Shown here piece after piece: positions 62,732-64,000 of a DNA stretch of 64,000 nucleotides (within the stretch, counting starts at the first letter, position 1; each line of letters opens with the position of its first letter). The DNA comes from a virus, in the IMG/VR virus record IMGVR_UViG_3300012086_000038, positions 451-64,450 of that record; one strand, written 5' to 3'. The position numbers were made by a program, and so were the translations under genes. Below the pieces are notes generated by a model. The model saw only the letters and a program-made list of their open reading frames with translations. It ran no database searches and was not told the DNA's origin.

Positions 62732-63292
62732 ATGATAGTAGATATTATTAATTCAGTAAAAAAGTATGAAGTAATTTATACAGACCCACCATGGGAACAG
62801 AAAAAGGGTGGTAAGAAAAATGCTAGACCGAAATCAAGCGGAATGGAATTGGATTATCAGACAATGACTTTAAACGAGATAAAAGATTTTCATGCCAGTG
62901 TGTTAACCAATAATGTCCAAGATAAACATAACCTGTTCATGTGGACGATAGACAAATATCTGCCTGAAACAGAGACAATGATGAAAGACTTAGGATATGA
63001 ATTGCATGCTAGAATTATTTGGGATAAGGTTACGGGTATTCCGGCAGCATTCACCTTACGGTATGCTCATGAATATTTACTATGGTTTTATAAGAAAGGT
63101 AAATTATTAAAACCATGTGATGAAATGCGTGGTAAGTACACAGATGTAATACGTGAAAAGGTTGTTAAGCATAGCAAAAAGCCGGAATGTGCTTATAAAA
63201 TGCTGGAAGATATGTTTCCAGAAGCTAAAAAGATAGAATTGTTTGCCAGAGGTAAGCGGATAGGCTGGGATTGCTGGGGAAATGAAGTTTAA
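62732..63292 (+). CDS. MT-A70-family adenine methyltransferase
   Basis: YEVIYTDPPW, LFMWT, IIWDK, HSKKPE, KIELFAR. Confidence 0.92.
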   Translation: MIVDIINSVKKYEVIYTDPPWEQKKGGKKNARPKSSGMELDYQTMTLNEIKDFHASVLTNNVQDKHNLFMWTIDKYLPETETMMKDLGYELHARIIWDKVTGIPAAFTLRYAHEYLLWFYKKGKLLKPCDEMRGKYTDVIREKVVKHSKKPECAYKMLEDMFPEAKKIELFARGKRIGWDCWGNEV

Positions 63293-63364
63293 TAAATTAA
63301 AATTTAAGGCAGAGCAGTTTTTCAGTAATAAACAGTAATAAACAATACAGAGGGAGATTGACAA

Positions 63365-63601
63365 TTGGAAAATAAGAAAGTATACTTAGATGTACCAGAA
63401 TTTACAGGTGAAAACGTTCCGGTAACTGTAGCTGCGTCTGTAATGAAAAAAGACCAGCAATTCATAAGGCAAGGCATTATACAGGGTATTCTCCCTTTTG
63501 GTGTAGCATTCAAAAAAGAAGGTAGCACCCAGTTTGATTATTATATATCACCTATGGAATTTTGGAAATACACAGGCTACATTTATCATGGTGAAGAATG
63601 A
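63365..63601 (+). CDS. Excisionase-like winged-helix protein
   Basis: VPVTVAASVMKKDQQFIRQGIIQGILPFG.AF......DYYISP..F; typical terminal gene of Lachnospiraceae elements. Confidence 0.65.
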   Translation: MENKKVYLDVPEFTGENVPVTVAASVMKKDQQFIRQGIIQGILPFGVAFKKEGSTQFDYYISPMEFWKYTGYIYHGEE

Positions 63602-63804
63602 TATTTTAAGCCATGATTTGGTGTCATAAGCCGTCAATAGGAAACCACTAGGTAACAAATTGACAAGAATACCTTTAAAAATGGGAAGTTGCAGTCTCCT
63701 TAGAGGAAGCGGCAACTGAAGGAAAGTTCTAGGATATTATGTATTGACGGTTTTTTAATAATTAGCAGTGTTGTAACCAGCTTATTGTTAAAAGGAGATA
63801 AAAA

Positions 63805-64000
63805 ATGTCTGACAATGAATTGTTGCTTGCTATATCAAGCATGATAGATCAAAAATTAAAACCGATATCAAACATGATAGATCAAAAGTTAGAACCTATA
63901 AACGACCGATTAAAGAGAATTGAACTGACACAAGAAAATGATATTCTTCCGCGTCTGCAAAATATTGAGTCATGTTACACGTCAACATGCAAGCGATATC
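63805..64000 (+). CDS. Hypothetical protein, partial (possibly host chromosome)
   Basis: AAAGGAG RBS; MSDNELLLAISSMIDQKL...; runs off right edge. Confidence 0.6.
   Translation, partial: MSDNELLLAISSMIDQKLKPISNMIDQKLEPINDRLKRIELTQENDILPRLQNIESCYTSTCKRY

Larger units (their letters stand above)
1..63601. mobile_element. Temperate prophage, contractile tail (myovirus-like); left end lies outside the window, right end probably near 63.6-63.8 kb
   Basis: Continuous modular order integrase-repressor-replication-packaging-head-sheath/tube/baseplate-DGR-lysis-accessory arm-excisionase-like gene; att sites cannot be identified because only one end is visible. Confidence 0.95.

Noticed and set aside
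63670-63720. THF, SAM or ZTP riboswitch, or IS200/IS605 end
   Set aside because: Only short fragments (ATGGGAAGTTGC, AACCAC, GTCAATA) match; the other conserved elements and any TnpB/IscB gene are absent

Overview
The window is almost entirely one temperate, contractile-tailed (myovirus-like) prophage. Its gene content and ribosome-binding sites point to a Lachnospiraceae/Clostridia host (inference). From left to right: a tyrosine integrase that runs off the left edge; an ImmA/ImmR-type lysogeny switch; recombination and replication genes (exonuclease, Bet/RecT, replication initiator with iterons, DnaC-like loader, RusA); a DUF488-like gene plus tRNA-Lys(CTT); a methyltransferase-GNAT fusion and a ParB-like gene coupled to the terminase genes; Mu-like portal and head genes; PBSX/Xkd-like tail and baseplate genes; a complete diversity-generating retroelement (target-VR, avd, TR, RT; 10 VR/TR differences, all at TR adenines); lysis genes; and a 15-kb right arm of small early-type genes ending in an excisionase-like gene near 63.6 kb. 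The features not explained by ordinary annotation are: (i) 12 perfect or one-mismatch copies of the palindrome TTACC-N4-GGTAA, most at sigma-A-like promoters from 2.8 to 61 kb; (ii) two extragenic copies of the initiator-gene iteron array (1.36 kb and 48.0 kb), each joined to a hexamer run; (iii) a terminase-linked Dam-like MTase/Mom-like GNAT + ParB candidate DNA-modification locus; (iv) an ImmA-like peptidase reading without a stop into a PD-(D/E)XK nuclease; (v) a two-catalytic-domain endolysin with an internal start. All family assignments come from motif recognition by eye; no database searches were run.
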